Shown in pieces: positions 18,481-29,146 of a DNA stretch of 64,000 bases. The stretch covers positions 3,516 to 67,515 of the forward strand of contig CALKVM010000002.1 in the NCBI GenBank assembly GCA_938049695.1. Reading direction: 5' to 3'. Within the stretch, counting starts at the first letter, position 1; each line of letters opens with the position of its first letter. The translations under genes were made by a program, and so were the position numbers. This stretch comes from an uncultured Candidatus Nitrosoarchaeum sp. (lineage in GTDB: Archaea > Thermoproteota > Nitrososphaeria > Nitrososphaerales > Nitrosopumilaceae). The notes under the pieces are model-generated. The model saw only the letters and a program-made list of their open reading frames with translations, had not been told where the DNA came from and searched no databases.

Positions 18481-19461
18481 TTGACTAAATTTATTCGACG
18501 CCTGCAAAGGATTGGTAGTAGTATTCTAGTTTCATTACCTAAAGAATGGATAGTTGCCAATAATTTAGATAAAGGTAGCCAAGTTGAGCTTGAAACAGGA
18601 CAAGATACCATCTCAATTTCTGCAAACAAAGAAATGCGTCCTACAAAAGAACTTGTAATTTCATATCCATTACCTAAAGATGAAAATATTGTAGCTGACA
18701 TCACTGGAGCTTATCTTTTAGGATATGACGTTATTCAAATTACTTCAAAATCAATCATACCAGGTGAGGATAGAGAACAAATTAGAAATTCAATGAGACG
18801 ATTAGTTGGTATGGAGATTATTGAAGAAGATGCCTCAAATATTAATATGCAATTTCTTTTAGATGCCACAACCCTAAATCCAGAAAAAATTCTAAAAAGA
18901 ATGAGTTCTATTGCACTTGGAATGTATGATGATGTATCAAATGGATTAATTTTAGATGATAAATCAAATTTGCAAACATTATCAAAAAGAGATGTTGAGG
19001 TTAATAGACAATATTTTCTTCTTGTACGTTTAATCAGGAGTACACTTGTTGATAAAAGATTAGCTAATGTATTTAATTTAGAAAATATTGATATTTTAGA
19101 TTATAGAGTAGCTGCTAATCTTTTAGAAAATGCGGGTGATACAATAGTAGAGCTTGCTGATTTTATTTATGACTCTTCTTTATCTAATGAACATTTGAAG
19201 AAAATTTTTGATGTAGTACAAAATTTTAATATTCTTGCAGAAAAATCTATTGATGCATTTATCAAACCTGATAGACGTTTAGCCATAGAAGCTATATTAT
19301 TACATAAAAAATACCAGGAAAATCTTTCTAAACTCCGAAGTACAATAGGAAATAAAAAACAAATTCCTATTGATCTTCTTGATCTTGTTTATATGTTTGA
19401 ACGAATTGCAAAATCTTGGGCTGATATTGTAGATCTTGTAAAGCCCATTTACAATAAATAA
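18481..19461 (+). CDS. AbrB/SpoVT-domain plus PhoU-domain regulator
   Basis: N-terminal RRLQRIGSSILVSLPKEW (SpoVT/AbrB swapped hairpin) followed by two PhoU-like helical repeats. TTG start. Confidence 0.78.
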   Translation: MTKFIRRLQRIGSSILVSLPKEWIVANNLDKGSQVELETGQDTISISANKEMRPTKELVISYPLPKDENIVADITGAYLLGYDVIQITSKSIIPGEDREQIRNSMRRLVGMEIIEEDASNINMQFLLDATTLNPEKILKRMSSIALGMYDDVSNGLILDDKSNLQTLSKRDVEVNRQYFLLVRLIRSTLVDKRLANVFNLENIDILDYRVAANLLENAGDTIVELADFIYDSSLSNEHLKKIFDVVQNFNILAEKSIDAFIKPDRRLAIEAILLHKKYQENLSKLRSTIGNKKQIPIDLLDLVYMFERIAKSWADIVDLVKPIYNK

Positions 19462-19977
19462 TTAATATAATTTCTTTTTGGCAGCATATGTTAATACTGC
19501 ACAAATTGTTTTTGAATCTTGAATTTTTCCATTTTTTATCATTAAAATCACTTTTTCAAGATCTATCTTTACAACAGATAATATTTCATCTTCATCTAAT
19601 TTTAAATCTGTAATTTTCTTTAATCCTGAGGCTACAAAGCAGTGAATAGCCTCAGTATTGTAGCCTATGGATGGATAGTAGGTAATTAGCGGTGTCATTT
19701 TTTTAGCTCTATACCCTGTTTCTTCTTCTAATTCTCTAAATGCGCATTTCTTTGGGTCTTCTCTTTTTTCTAGTGTTCCTGCAGGAATTTCAATTACATA
19801 ACCATGAGGAAACCTATGTTGTTTTACAAGAATTACTTTGTTATTTTCATCAAATGCTAACATTGCAGCTGCTCCTCTATGCTCTATCATCTCTCGTTTT
19901 ACTTTTCTACCCTCAATTACTAAATCATAAATACTAAGACCTAAAATTTTACCTTCATAGATCTTTTTCTTTTTCAT
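19462..19977 (-). CDS. NUDIX hydrolase (ADP-ribose pyrophosphatase-like)
   Basis: Nudix box: GTLEKREDPKKCAFRELEEETGY. Confidence 0.85.
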   Translation of the reverse strand: MKKKKIYEGKILGLSIYDLVIEGRKVKREMIEHRGAAAMLAFDENNKVILVKQHRFPHGYVIEIPAGTLEKREDPKKCAFRELEEETGYRAKKMTPLITYYPSIGYNTEAIHCFVASGLKKITDLKLDEDEILSVVKIDLEKVILMIKNGKIQDSKTICAVLTYAAKKKLY

Positions 19978-20002
19978 ACCAGAGTCTAAATTTTCTTATT
20001 AT

Positions 20003-20905
20003 TTAATTTGTTTGATATGAAAGATGAAGTGTAGATGATTTCTTAGCATCGTTGATAGCTTGCTCTAACCATTTTAATGGAAAAGATATCCTTTTTGGAA
20101 TAAATAGATCTGCAGACATTACACCATCCATATTTCTAACTCTTTGAGTTAATTCATCCATTTCAAATATATCGTGACTATACATGAATAATACAATTTG
20201 ATTTTTTGCAATAAATGGTATCTGCATAAATGACTCATAAAACTCATCATTCATTTTTTCTAATATTTCTCTAAGATCTCCATCAATCCATGCAAGTATG
20301 GCATGTGGAATAAAGTCTTCAATTTTTGTTGGATCATAAATCACTGTAAATTGAATACCATCATTTTCTTGTAATTTATCAATACATCTTGTAACTGTTT
20401 TTGTAGATAAACCTATGTCTTTTGATATCTTTTCAATTTTTTGTCTTGGTTCGTTTATTAATTGTTCTAAAATTTCTAAATCTGTTTTAGTTAAATTGGA
20501 ATTAAATCCTGGATTTTCTGCTTCAAAAATAGATAATACTTTAACATCTTTCATTAATTTATTTGCAAGTGTGATTTTTTGTTGTAAATTTTCTTTTATT
20601 ACAATACTACAAACTGTAATTCCACCAACACATGGTACAACAAAAAATGGCTCTCCGACTAAACTAATTTGCTCTAAAATCTCTTTGATGTTTTGACCTG
20701 AAACTACTATGTATAATACACCTAGTCCCAAAACTGGCGGCTCAACTTTAATAGTAAATTTCTCAATTATTTTCCGCTTCTGCATTTTTTTAATTCGTGC
20801 TCTAACTGCACCTCCTGAAATTCCTAATTCTTTTCCAATCTGTCTATCTGCTTCTCTACAATTATTCAAGAGCCTACTTAGAATTTTTATATCTAAATTG
20901 TCCAA
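20003..20905 (-). CDS. tandem Lrp/AsnC-type HTH protein
   Basis: Two HTH_AsnC modules: LDIKILSRLLNNCREADRQIGKELGISGGAVRARIKKM and DLEILEQLINEPRQKIEKISKDIGLSTKTVTRCIDKL. Confidence 0.75.
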   Translation of the reverse strand: MDNLDIKILSRLLNNCREADRQIGKELGISGGAVRARIKKMQKRKIIEKFTIKVEPPVLGLGVLYIVVSGQNIKEILEQISLVGEPFFVVPCVGGITVCSIVIKENLQQKITLANKLMKDVKVLSIFEAENPGFNSNLTKTDLEILEQLINEPRQKIEKISKDIGLSTKTVTRCIDKLQENDGIQFTVIYDPTKIEDFIPHAILAWIDGDLREILEKMNDEFYESFMQIPFIAKNQIVLFMYSHDIFEMDELTQRVRNMDGVMSADLFIPKRISFPLKWLEQAINDAKKSSTLHLSYQTN

Positions 20906-21022
20906 TCTCTCACCTAAATCAATCTCATAATGTTTGTAAATAACTAATAAAATATAAAATTGTCTATACTGTTAGCACTATATATAAAATACATTAAATA
21001 TTAGACTATTTCTAATCTTCTT

Positions 21023-22210
21023 GTGGAATACAGATTTCGTTTAGCAAAAAGAATGCTATTCAACAAAAAAGGAAGTCTCATTGGTGCAGTTTTAGCGGTG
21101 ACAATTGGAATTTTGGTAATTCATGTTAATTTTGTAATTTTTCAGGGATTATTTGATGCAATTGTTAGAGATATCTCAAATTATAGAAACGGTGATGTTC
21201 TAATTACAGACGAGGAAGATTATATCGATATATCAGATCAAGCATTAGTTAATTGGTTTGAAAGAATCCCATATGTAGAAGCGGCTACTCCACGGTTGTC
21301 ATCGACGGCGTCAATTAACATGACAAAATTTGGAACATTACACGAAGAAACAAGAATTTCTATTGTGGGAGTTGATCCATTACGAGATATTCGAGCTTCT
21401 ACTGTTCATGAGACTGTATCTGATGGACAATATGTTTTTTCAAGAAATTCTATTGTGCTAGGTTCTAATGTCGCAAAAGATCTTGGAGGTGCTCAGGTAG
21501 GTGATAGTATAAAATTAAAGATTGTTGATAGATACGGACAGGATCAAATTAAGAGATTTGTAGTTACTGGAATAGCAAAATCGCCTGGCGGTCAAGGCTT
21601 TGATTATAGTGTAGTTGTTCACATTGACACTTTACGCGATTTAATGAATAGACATGGTGATACAGGTTCAATTATGGTAAAACTAAAAGATCCATCTAAA
21701 GCAAGTGATGTAAAAAATTTCTTTTTAGCTTCTTTTCCTAATGATGATTTTGTTGCAGAAACAATAGAAGAATCTGCTGAACAGCAACTAGCGGGATTTA
21801 GATCTGGTATTGCAATGATAAACATGATTGGATATTTTGGAATGATGTCATCCGCATTTGCTATTGTTACAATTCAAATGATGCTAGTTAATGGAAAAAC
21901 TAGAGAAATAGGTGTAATGAGATCAATAGGTGCAACAAGAAAAGATATTTTGCTTATTTTTATTTTTCAGGGAATGATAATTGGTGCAATTGGTGCTGGA
22001 GTTGGGACTGCAGCAGGATTAGGTTACACATTTTATGCAAAGGAAACAAAAATGTCATTCAATAATAGCCTCCCACTAGAAGTGAGCTACAATTGGGAAA
22101 AAATTATTCAGACAGCTGTATTATCGTTTATTTTAGCAATAATTGCTTCACTATACCCATCATATAGAGCGACTAAATTATTACCAGTGGAGGCAATGAG
22201 AAATGTCTAA
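21023..22210 (+). CDS. ABC transporter permease, FtsX/MacB-like
   Basis: N-terminal TM helix, a large extracytoplasmic domain, and a C-terminal FtsX 3-TM bundle (REIGVMRSIGATRKDI). Confidence 0.85.
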   Translation: MEYRFRLAKRMLFNKKGSLIGAVLAVTIGILVIHVNFVIFQGLFDAIVRDISNYRNGDVLITDEEDYIDISDQALVNWFERIPYVEAATPRLSSTASINMTKFGTLHEETRISIVGVDPLRDIRASTVHETVSDGQYVFSRNSIVLGSNVAKDLGGAQVGDSIKLKIVDRYGQDQIKRFVVTGIAKSPGGQGFDYSVVVHIDTLRDLMNRHGDTGSIMVKLKDPSKASDVKNFFLASFPNDDFVAETIEESAEQQLAGFRSGIAMINMIGYFGMMSSAFAIVTIQMMLVNGKTREIGVMRSIGATRKDILLIFIFQGMIIGAIGAGVGTAAGLGYTFYAKETKMSFNNSLPLEVSYNWEKIIQTAVLSFILAIIASLYPSYRATKLLPVEAMRNV

Positions 22211-22907
22211 AGTACTTGAAATTATTAATCTAAGTAAAATTTATGGAACAGGAGAAAACAAGGTAAAGGCATTAGATAATGTATCACTTTCAATTGAAAA
22301 AGGCGAATTTGTATTAATTGTAGGTAGCTCCGGTTCGGGAAAATCAACTCTACTTAACATGATAGGACTATTAGATCGTCCTACAAATGGCAAGGTCTTC
22401 ATTGATAGAACAGATACAACAAATCTATCAGATAACAAAATCTCGTCATTTAGAAACAAAAAATTAGGATTCATTTTTCAATTCTCAAATCTATTAACTG
22501 ATTTGACTGTTCTTGAAAATGTATTATTGCCAAGAGAAATTGCAGGAACCACTGATTCTGCAGAAAAAAATGCTAGAGAATTACTAAAAGCAGTTGGATT
22601 AGATGATCAAATGGATAAAAGAGCAAATAAAATTTCAGGTGGACAAGCACAAAGAGCGGCAATTGCTAGAGGATTGATAAATAATCCTTCAATTGTTTTA
22701 GCTGATGAACCAACTGGTAACTTGGATTCTGTTACATCTGAAAAAATAATTCAATTAATGAAATCAATGGCAAAAAAACTAAATCAAACATTCATTGTTG
22801 TTACTCACGACAGACAACATTTTGGAGATGTTGATAGAGTGATTACAATTAAAGATGGAAAGGCATTTGAAGGAAATTTACCATCTGAGATGGAGGTTTT
22901 GGCATGA
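22203..22907 (+). CDS. ABC transporter ATP-binding protein (MacB/LolD-like)
   Basis: Walker A GSSGSGKST, signature ISGGQAQR, Walker B VLADEPTGNLD. Overlaps the permease stop. Confidence 0.92.
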   Translation: MSKVLEIINLSKIYGTGENKVKALDNVSLSIEKGEFVLIVGSSGSGKSTLLNMIGLLDRPTNGKVFIDRTDTTNLSDNKISSFRNKKLGFIFQFSNLLTDLTVLENVLLPREIAGTTDSAEKNARELLKAVGLDDQMDKRANKISGGQAQRAAIARGLINNPSIVLADEPTGNLDSVTSEKIIQLMKSMAKKLNQTFIVVTHDRQHFGDVDRVITIKDGKAFEGNLPSEMEVLA

Positions 22908-24205
22908 TAAATTATAAGATTTTATTTTCATTAGCAATATTGTTTCTTATTCCATTAATGACAGATAATTCATTTGCTCAAATTAAATCGGGCGGTTTTG
23001 GTCAGTCTCCATTTGAAAGAGAATTTGGAGATGTAAAATTTCTTAATGCCTATTTTGGAACTATTGATGAAAAAATCGAGATTGATCCTGGAGATGAAAA
23101 TGTACCATTTACAGTAGTATTTGCAAATGTAGGCACACAAGATATTACTGGAATCAAAGGACAGCTATCTCTTCCTATGGGATTTTCCGCAGCAGATGGA
23201 CATGGTTCATTAATTATTGCTGATAGTAATTCTAATTCTTTGGCAGGTGATAATTTCCACATGACATTTTATGTTAATGTTGATAAAAATATTAGAATTC
23301 AACAATATCCAGGTACTATTAAAATTGATTATTCTAGATTAAGAGAATCTGGAGTAAGAACTTCTTTTTCTGATTTTAATTTCAAAGTTACTGGAAACAG
23401 TATACTCAATGTTAAAGCATTAGATCCATTTCTTACATCTTTGAAATCAAATAACGTAGTAATTGAGCTTTCAAATGATGGAACTGCACCACTTTCCACT
23501 GTGACTATTGTAGCTACTAACACTCAGGCAGAATCTGGCACAACTTCCTCATCAACTACAAGATCTGGTGTAGTAATTCTAGAATCAAATTGGGATGTTG
23601 GAAATATAGCACCAAAATCTTCTAGATATCTCACTGCTACAGTATACGTACCAGCAAATCTTAAAGGCGATACTTTACAAGTTCCATTGACTATTAAATA
23701 TTATAATACACAGGGTGCACTACAAACTGTATCTAAAACTGTTGATTTTTACATTAAAGGATTGATTGATCTTTCCATATATGATATTGGAGTGATTGAG
23801 TTATCTGGTAAACAAATGGTTGTTGGAGAAATAATTAACGAAGGAAATGAAAATGCCTTATTTGGTTTTGTAACTCTTGAGCCATTAGGTAATTCAAACA
23901 TCAAAAACCAAACTCAATTTATTGACGAAGTAGAAACTGATTCTCCAGTTCCATTTAACATTCCGCTAGAATTTGATGGTGAGCCACAATATGGGGAACA
24001 CGATATTAGACTTATTATAAGATACAAAGATAGTATTAGAGATGAGATATTTCTCATACATAATGCCACGATATTTGTAAAAGAACCACCAAAAATTGAA
24101 TCTGGAAATGATTCACAACTGATCATCATTCCAATAATAATAGCAGCAGTAATAGGAGTCTATATGATTCGTAGGCGTAAAAAATCAAAAATTCAGACTA
24201 GCTAA
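22904..24205 (+). CDS. secreted beta-rich cell-surface protein with C-terminal TM anchor
   Basis: Signal peptide, repeated beta-sandwich-like segments, and C-terminal IIIPIIIAAVIGVYMIRRRKKSK. The start overlaps the ATPase stop by 4 nt. Confidence 0.6.
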   Translation: MINYKILFSLAILFLIPLMTDNSFAQIKSGGFGQSPFEREFGDVKFLNAYFGTIDEKIEIDPGDENVPFTVVFANVGTQDITGIKGQLSLPMGFSAADGHGSLIIADSNSNSLAGDNFHMTFYVNVDKNIRIQQYPGTIKIDYSRLRESGVRTSFSDFNFKVTGNSILNVKALDPFLTSLKSNNVVIELSNDGTAPLSTVTIVATNTQAESGTTSSSTTRSGVVILESNWDVGNIAPKSSRYLTATVYVPANLKGDTLQVPLTIKYYNTQGALQTVSKTVDFYIKGLIDLSIYDIGVIELSGKQMVVGEIINEGNENALFGFVTLEPLGNSNIKNQTQFIDEVETDSPVPFNIPLEFDGEPQYGEHDIRLIIRYKDSIRDEIFLIHNATIFVKEPPKIESGNDSQLIIIPIIIAAVIGVYMIRRRKKSKIQTS

Positions 24206-24632
24206 TAATTAAATTTTAAATCATAAAAAATAAAAAACTGCAAAGAAGAATCAGAAAAAATTAGTCAACAAAGTACTTTCTGAATTAGAAAGTAAGATAG
24301 TTATCTTGATGATGTTCATTTAGAACAACTAAATCAAGAGATTAAAGTACTAAAACATGTAATTAATGATAACAACTAGATCTTGAACAGGTAATAAAAA
24401 AATTCTTTACAATGGAATCAAAACTGTAATATTATTTTATTAATTTCTAATTCCCTGTTTTGGGACATTTGCATTATTGTTATATGATTATGTTGAGATA
24501 GTATGAATTAGGTATGTCAAAAGGCACATTTCTCTTTCTAGTAGGATGTGTAGTGGGATTCATAACAACACCTCTTCTTTGAATCTTTTTTGTAATTCCT
24601 AAATTCATATACATAGAAAAAAACCAAAATCA

Positions 24633-24836
24633 TTGCAAACTCATCAAAAATTAATAATTGTTGGTTTAATCTTACTTATTGCTACATATGTGATCTCTAC
24701 TTATCATGAAACGGATCATCCTGGAATTGGATTCAACTATGCTTACATTACTGGAATTTCTATGTTGATTGTATTCATTACAAGTTTTGTATTGTTTGGT
24801 AAGTACAGAATAAAAGAATCAAAATCCAAAAAATAA
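24633..24836 (+). CDS. small two-TM membrane protein
   Basis: A 67-aa ORF with two hydrophobic helices. TTG start, so uncertain. Confidence 0.4.
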   Translation: MQTHQKLIIVGLILLIATYVISTYHETDHPGIGFNYAYITGISMLIVFITSFVLFGKYRIKESKSKK

Positions 24837-24907
24837 ATTCTCACTAAACAAGCATGAAAAAGATACTGATTTTCTATTTTTGTTATGGCTAAGATTATAA
24901 GCAAATA

Positions 24908-25309
24908 ATGGATCTTGCGTTCATGCCAAGAGATGAAATTGAAGTACCAAAAGAATTACGAGAATTCATGCTTGAAGGAGCAGAAGAAACCACACTTGGA
25001 CAAAAAAATGGTGCAAAAAGACAATTTCGATATGGTAATTTGCACATTAGAGAATATGACAATAAATTTTTAGTTCATACTGATAAAATTGATCCTAGAA
25101 AAGATCCGTTTGGTCATTTAGTCTGTGATGCTCCGGAAGTTCTGATTGGGTTAGCATGTTCAATTCTAGGTGGTTCAGAAATTGCAAAAAAATTTCTAAA
25201 TAATAACAAATCAAAAAAATCAACTATAACAGCTACTCTTCTCTCTTCTATAATTGCAGGATATGTTGGATATGTTGTAACTAAAAAAATCAAAAATTAT
25301 TTAGAGTAA
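24908..25309 (+). CDS. hypothetical protein with C-terminal TM helix
   Basis: A 133-aa ORF ending 2 nt before the UbiB-like gene. No recognisable motif. Confidence 0.5.
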   Translation: MDLAFMPRDEIEVPKELREFMLEGAEETTLGQKNGAKRQFRYGNLHIREYDNKFLVHTDKIDPRKDPFGHLVCDAPEVLIGLACSILGGSEIAKKFLNNNKSKKSTITATLLSSIIAGYVGYVVTKKIKNYLE

Positions 25310-25311
25310 AC

Positions 25312-26862
25312 ATGTCTACTGCAAGAACAATTCAGGTATTCATTAAACTAATTCCTTCAATTTTGGCATTACGAAAAGATAGAAGAAAATGGGTAAAAAA
25401 AGAAGGTAAGGATGTTGATTTAGAAAAATATCGTAAGAATGCACGTAAAGTTCTAAACACTTTCATTTCATTAGGACCTGTTTACATAAAATTAGGACAA
25501 TGGCTTTCATCACGAGCTGATATTTTACCACAACCCTATTTGGAAGAACTTGCTAAACTGCAAGACAATGTTCCAGCAGCTCCATTTGATCAGGTAAAAC
25601 CCATAATAGAAAATGACATAGGACCGATCAACGAAAAATTTGATGACATAGATCCAAATCCTATTTCTGGCGCATCTTTAGGTCAAGTTTACCGTGGAAG
25701 AATTTCTGGTCAAGAAATTGTTGTTAAAGTAAAAAGACCCGGAATTGAAAAAGTTGTCGAAGAAGATCTCAAAGTCTTAAAAAAAATTCTTCCAATGGCA
25801 TTAAGATTTGTAGATCCAAACTTGCGTTTTTCTGCAAGAGCAATGCTTTCTCAATTTATTGAAACAATTCATGAGGAAATGGATTATACAATTGAATCAT
25901 CAAATCTTAAAAAAATTAAACATGATATGAAAAAAAGCAACATACTAGTTCCTTCAGTTTATGATGATTATTCTTCAAAAAACGTACTTACTATGGAATA
26001 CCTTCCTGGTATCAAAATTACCAATATAGAAGCACTTGATGAAAAGGGAATTGATAGGCAGAAACTAGTAATTGACGTTCACAAGGTCTTTTTCACCATG
26101 CTTTTACGTCATTCATTATTTCATGCAGATCCTCATCCTGGAAACATTTCAGTAACTGATGATGGCAAGCTCATTCTTTATGACTATGGAATGGTTGGAC
26201 GGTTAGATAATGAAACTAGATTAAGACTAATCAGACTTTATCTTGCCTTAGTTGAGAAAAATCCTCCAAGAACTGTGAATGCAATGGCTGACCTTGGAAT
26301 GTTAACTCCTGATTTTAACAGATCAGTAATTGAGAAAGGAATAGAATTGGCTGTCGGTGCAATGCATGGAAAAAAGCCCGATGAAATGGAGGTACAAAGT
26401 TTGATGGAACTTGCAAACAAAACAATGAGTAAATTCCCATTTATTCTTCCAAAGAACTTAGCGTTGTACATGAGAATGGCTTCAATCATAGAGGGAATTT
26501 ACAAAACACATAAAGTTGATTTCAAATTTGTTAAAGTATTAAGAGAAATTTTAGAAGAAGAAAATTTGATCAAAGATGCGTATATAGAAGAACTAAAGTA
26601 TTCTTTTCAAAGATTTGCAAAATCAATTGATGCTACTATTTCAATTGCACCAGAATTAAAAAAATTTATTGATGAAAACAGATCACTTCAATTCTTAAAT
26701 GCTAAACCAAAATCTAATATTTTACTTTCTGGAAGTATTCTCTCATCTGCAATTTTTGTAGGTTCTACTGTTTTGTATACATCAAATGAATCCTTAGGAA
26801 TTACTGGAATGATATGTTCAATGATAATAATGAGTATCTTTACAATCTTCAGAAAACATTAA
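25312..26862 (+). CDS. ABC1/UbiB family atypical kinase
   Basis: LGPVYIKLGQWLSSRADILP, ASLGQVY, VVKVKRPG, HADPHPGN and C-terminal TM helices. Confidence 0.85.
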   Translation: MSTARTIQVFIKLIPSILALRKDRRKWVKKEGKDVDLEKYRKNARKVLNTFISLGPVYIKLGQWLSSRADILPQPYLEELAKLQDNVPAAPFDQVKPIIENDIGPINEKFDDIDPNPISGASLGQVYRGRISGQEIVVKVKRPGIEKVVEEDLKVLKKILPMALRFVDPNLRFSARAMLSQFIETIHEEMDYTIESSNLKKIKHDMKKSNILVPSVYDDYSSKNVLTMEYLPGIKITNIEALDEKGIDRQKLVIDVHKVFFTMLLRHSLFHADPHPGNISVTDDGKLILYDYGMVGRLDNETRLRLIRLYLALVEKNPPRTVNAMADLGMLTPDFNRSVIEKGIELAVGAMHGKKPDEMEVQSLMELANKTMSKFPFILPKNLALYMRMASIIEGIYKTHKVDFKFVKVLREILEEENLIKDAYIEELKYSFQRFAKSIDATISIAPELKKFIDENRSLQFLNAKPKSNILLSGSILSSAIFVGSTVLYTSNESLGITGMICSMIIMSIFTIFRKH

Positions 26863-27255
26863 TTATTCTACCGAAATATCTTTTCCATGTTTTTTAACAG
26901 GAATTGTAATTGTTAATACACCGTGTTCATATTTTGCAGAATTTACTCCTTCTTCTCCTTCTCTAAGATCAATAGGTAATTTCATTTTCTTATCTATGAT
27001 GTTAGGTCTTTGATTGCATATCATATTGTGTTTTTTTTCATCAGAAATTTCTTTACATGCCTGAATAGATAGAATATTTCCATCAAGTGATAATTTGATA
27101 TCTTTTTTTGCAAATCCTGGCAAGTCAATTAATAATATTAATTTATCATTATCGAGAAACATATCTACAGGCGGTAAAACAAATTCATAAAATTCTCTTG
27201 ACTTATTCCCAATTTCTTTAATCATTTCTTTTGCCATGGATTTTACTAGTCCCAT
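26863..27255 (-). CDS. Hsp20 / alpha-crystallin small heat-shock protein
   Basis: The alpha-crystallin domain pattern (DKLILLIDLPGFAKKDIKLSLDGNILSI...YEHGVLTITIP). Confidence 0.85.
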   Translation of the reverse strand: MGLVKSMAKEMIKEIGNKSREFYEFVLPPVDMFLDNDKLILLIDLPGFAKKDIKLSLDGNILSIQACKEISDEKKHNMICNQRPNIIDKKMKLPIDLREGEEGVNSAKYEHGVLTITIPVKKHGKDISVE

Positions 27256-27332
27256 TTTGAGATACGTGCTTAATTTTTGGTTATAAACCTTGATAGATTT
27301 TTAATCAATTAATTTCTCTGGTTTTGTAACTT

Positions 27333-27914
27333 ATGATAATTGTTATTGAAGGCGGAGACCAAGCAGGAAAGAAAACTCAAACTGCATTATTGGTAAAAGC
27401 ATTAAAACAAAGAAAAATCAAAACTACTACCTTTAGCTTTCCTGATTATAAGACACCCATAGGAAAAGAAATTGCAAAATATCTTAATGGTAAGAGAAAA
27501 TTTCCTCTTCAAGTGATTCACTGTCTTTTAGCTGCAAATAGGTGGGAAAAATTAAATGAAATTTTAGCAGCACAATCAAAAAATTCTGTTTTGATAATGA
27601 ATCGTTACTACCAATCTAATCTAATCTATGGTTTAGCAAATGGTATGAAACGTGAATGGTTAGAAAATTTAGATGCTGGACTTCCAAAGGCCGATCTTGT
27701 CATTTTACTAGATGTAACTCAAACAGAATCATTTCGTAGGAAAAAAACTAACAGAGATAAATTTGAAAAAAATGAAGAATTCCTAAGAAAAATATCAAAA
27801 ATTTATAGAACTACTGCAAAGAATGAACATTGGAAAATTATTGATGCATCAAAACCAAAGCAAGAAGTTCATAAAGATATTTTGAAAGTATTTACAAAGA
27901 AAATAGGACTATGA
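27333..27914 (+). CDS. tmk: thymidylate kinase
   Basis: IIVIEGGDQAGKKTQ P-loop, a DRY-like NRYYQSN, and LDV..E lid region. Confidence 0.82.
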   Translation: MIIVIEGGDQAGKKTQTALLVKALKQRKIKTTTFSFPDYKTPIGKEIAKYLNGKRKFPLQVIHCLLAANRWEKLNEILAAQSKNSVLIMNRYYQSNLIYGLANGMKREWLENLDAGLPKADLVILLDVTQTESFRRKKTNRDKFEKNEEFLRKISKIYRTTAKNEHWKIIDASKPKQEVHKDILKVFTKKIGL

Positions 27915-29146
27915 AAAAAAATTATCTAGACATAGTTGATCCAATACATGATTTTATTCGTGTTTATGATCATGAATTAAAAATAATTGATACTCCTATA
28001 TTTCAAAGACTAAGACGAATACGTCAACTTTCTGGTGCTCATTTAACATATCCTGCAGCACAACATACTAGATTTGAGCATTCTTTGGGTGTTATGCATA
28101 TTGCAAGTCAAGCTGGTCAGGCTTTAAATGAAAAAGGAATTTTGAAATCCGATGATATAGAAATTTTGAGACTTGCAGGACTTTTACATGATATAGGTCA
28201 TGGACCTTTTTCACATATTTTTGAGGAGATTATACAACAAAAGAAATTTTCACATGAATGTTTTGGTAAAGAAATTATTCTAAAATCTGAAATTGGTGAT
28301 AGCTTATCAAAAAATGGATATGACAAAAAACTCATCACAAAAGTAGCTTTTGGTGATTCTAAATTACAATACATGAATGAAATTATTTCAGGAGCATTAA
28401 GTGCTGACATGATGGATTACTTGTTAAGGGATGGTTACTTTACTGGTGCAGAACATGCACAAATTGATCACAAAAGAATAACACAATCCTTAGATGTATA
28501 TAAGAAAAAACTTGCTCTAGAAAGATCAGCACTATATTCTTTTGAATCTATGATGCATTCTCGTTATCAAATGTTCAAGGCTGTATATTTTCATAAAACA
28601 GTAAGAGCCGCAGAAGTTATGCTTTTAGAGGCATTACGGTTATCTGATGATGAATTTGGTTTTACCTCTTTTACCATTAATGAATATATAAAACTTACAG
28701 ATGAATACGTTCTAGCCCAACTTATTTCATCAAAATCATCTAAATTAAAACGCGCTAGACAATTTGCCGAAGATTATCAAAACAGAAAATTGTTAAAATG
28801 TGTATTTGAACGAATTTTAACTAGTAGAACTAATTTGGGAAAATCTAAAACTAATGAGCTAAGAACATCTATATCAAAAAAATCCAAAGTTGATGAAAGT
28901 GAAATTTTTGTTGATAGCTCAGTTACTCCATCAATTCCACTGGCTCCATCCAAAAATGAATCAAAATATATAATTTTGATTACAAATGAGAATGGAAAAT
29001 CAACTGCACAAGAGATGCCTATATCACAAATTCCTGTAGTTTCAGCAATATCTGGTTTTATGAATATTCTTAGAATATACACACATCAAAAGAACAGAAA
29101 AAAAGTTGAAATTGCCGCAAAATCAATCCTCGGTGGTTTAAAATAA
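27911..29146 (+). CDS. HD-domain phosphohydrolase (SAMHD1/COG1078-like dNTP triphosphohydrolase family)
   Basis: [27 protein letters not shown] and DMMDYLLRD. The start overlaps the tmk stop (ATGA). Confidence 0.85.
   Translation: MKKNYLDIVDPIHDFIRVYDHELKIIDTPIFQRLRRIRQLSGAHLTYPAAQHTRFEHSLGVMHIASQAGQALNEKGILKSDDIEILRLAGLLHDIGHGPFSHIFEEIIQQKKFSHECFGKEIILKSEIGDSLSKNGYDKKLITKVAFGDSKLQYMNEIISGALSADMMDYLLRDGYFTGAEHAQIDHKRITQSLDVYKKKLALERSALYSFESMMHSRYQMFKAVYFHKTVRAAEVMLLEALRLSDDEFGFTSFTINEYIKLTDEYVLAQLISSKSSKLKRARQFAEDYQNRKLLKCVFERILTSRTNLGKSKTNELRTSISKKSKVDESEIFVDSSVTPSIPLAPSKNESKYIILITNENGKSTAQEMPISQIPVVSAISGFMNILRIYTHQKNRKKVEIAAKSILGGLK

Noticed and set aside
20003-20905. The tandem AsnC-type protein considered as a fused siroheme decarboxylase (AhbA/B, NirDL-like).
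   Set aside because: The architecture is compatible, but no other alternative-heme-pathway genes are adjacent and I cannot distinguish the families by eye. It is left as a generic tandem Lrp/AsnC protein.
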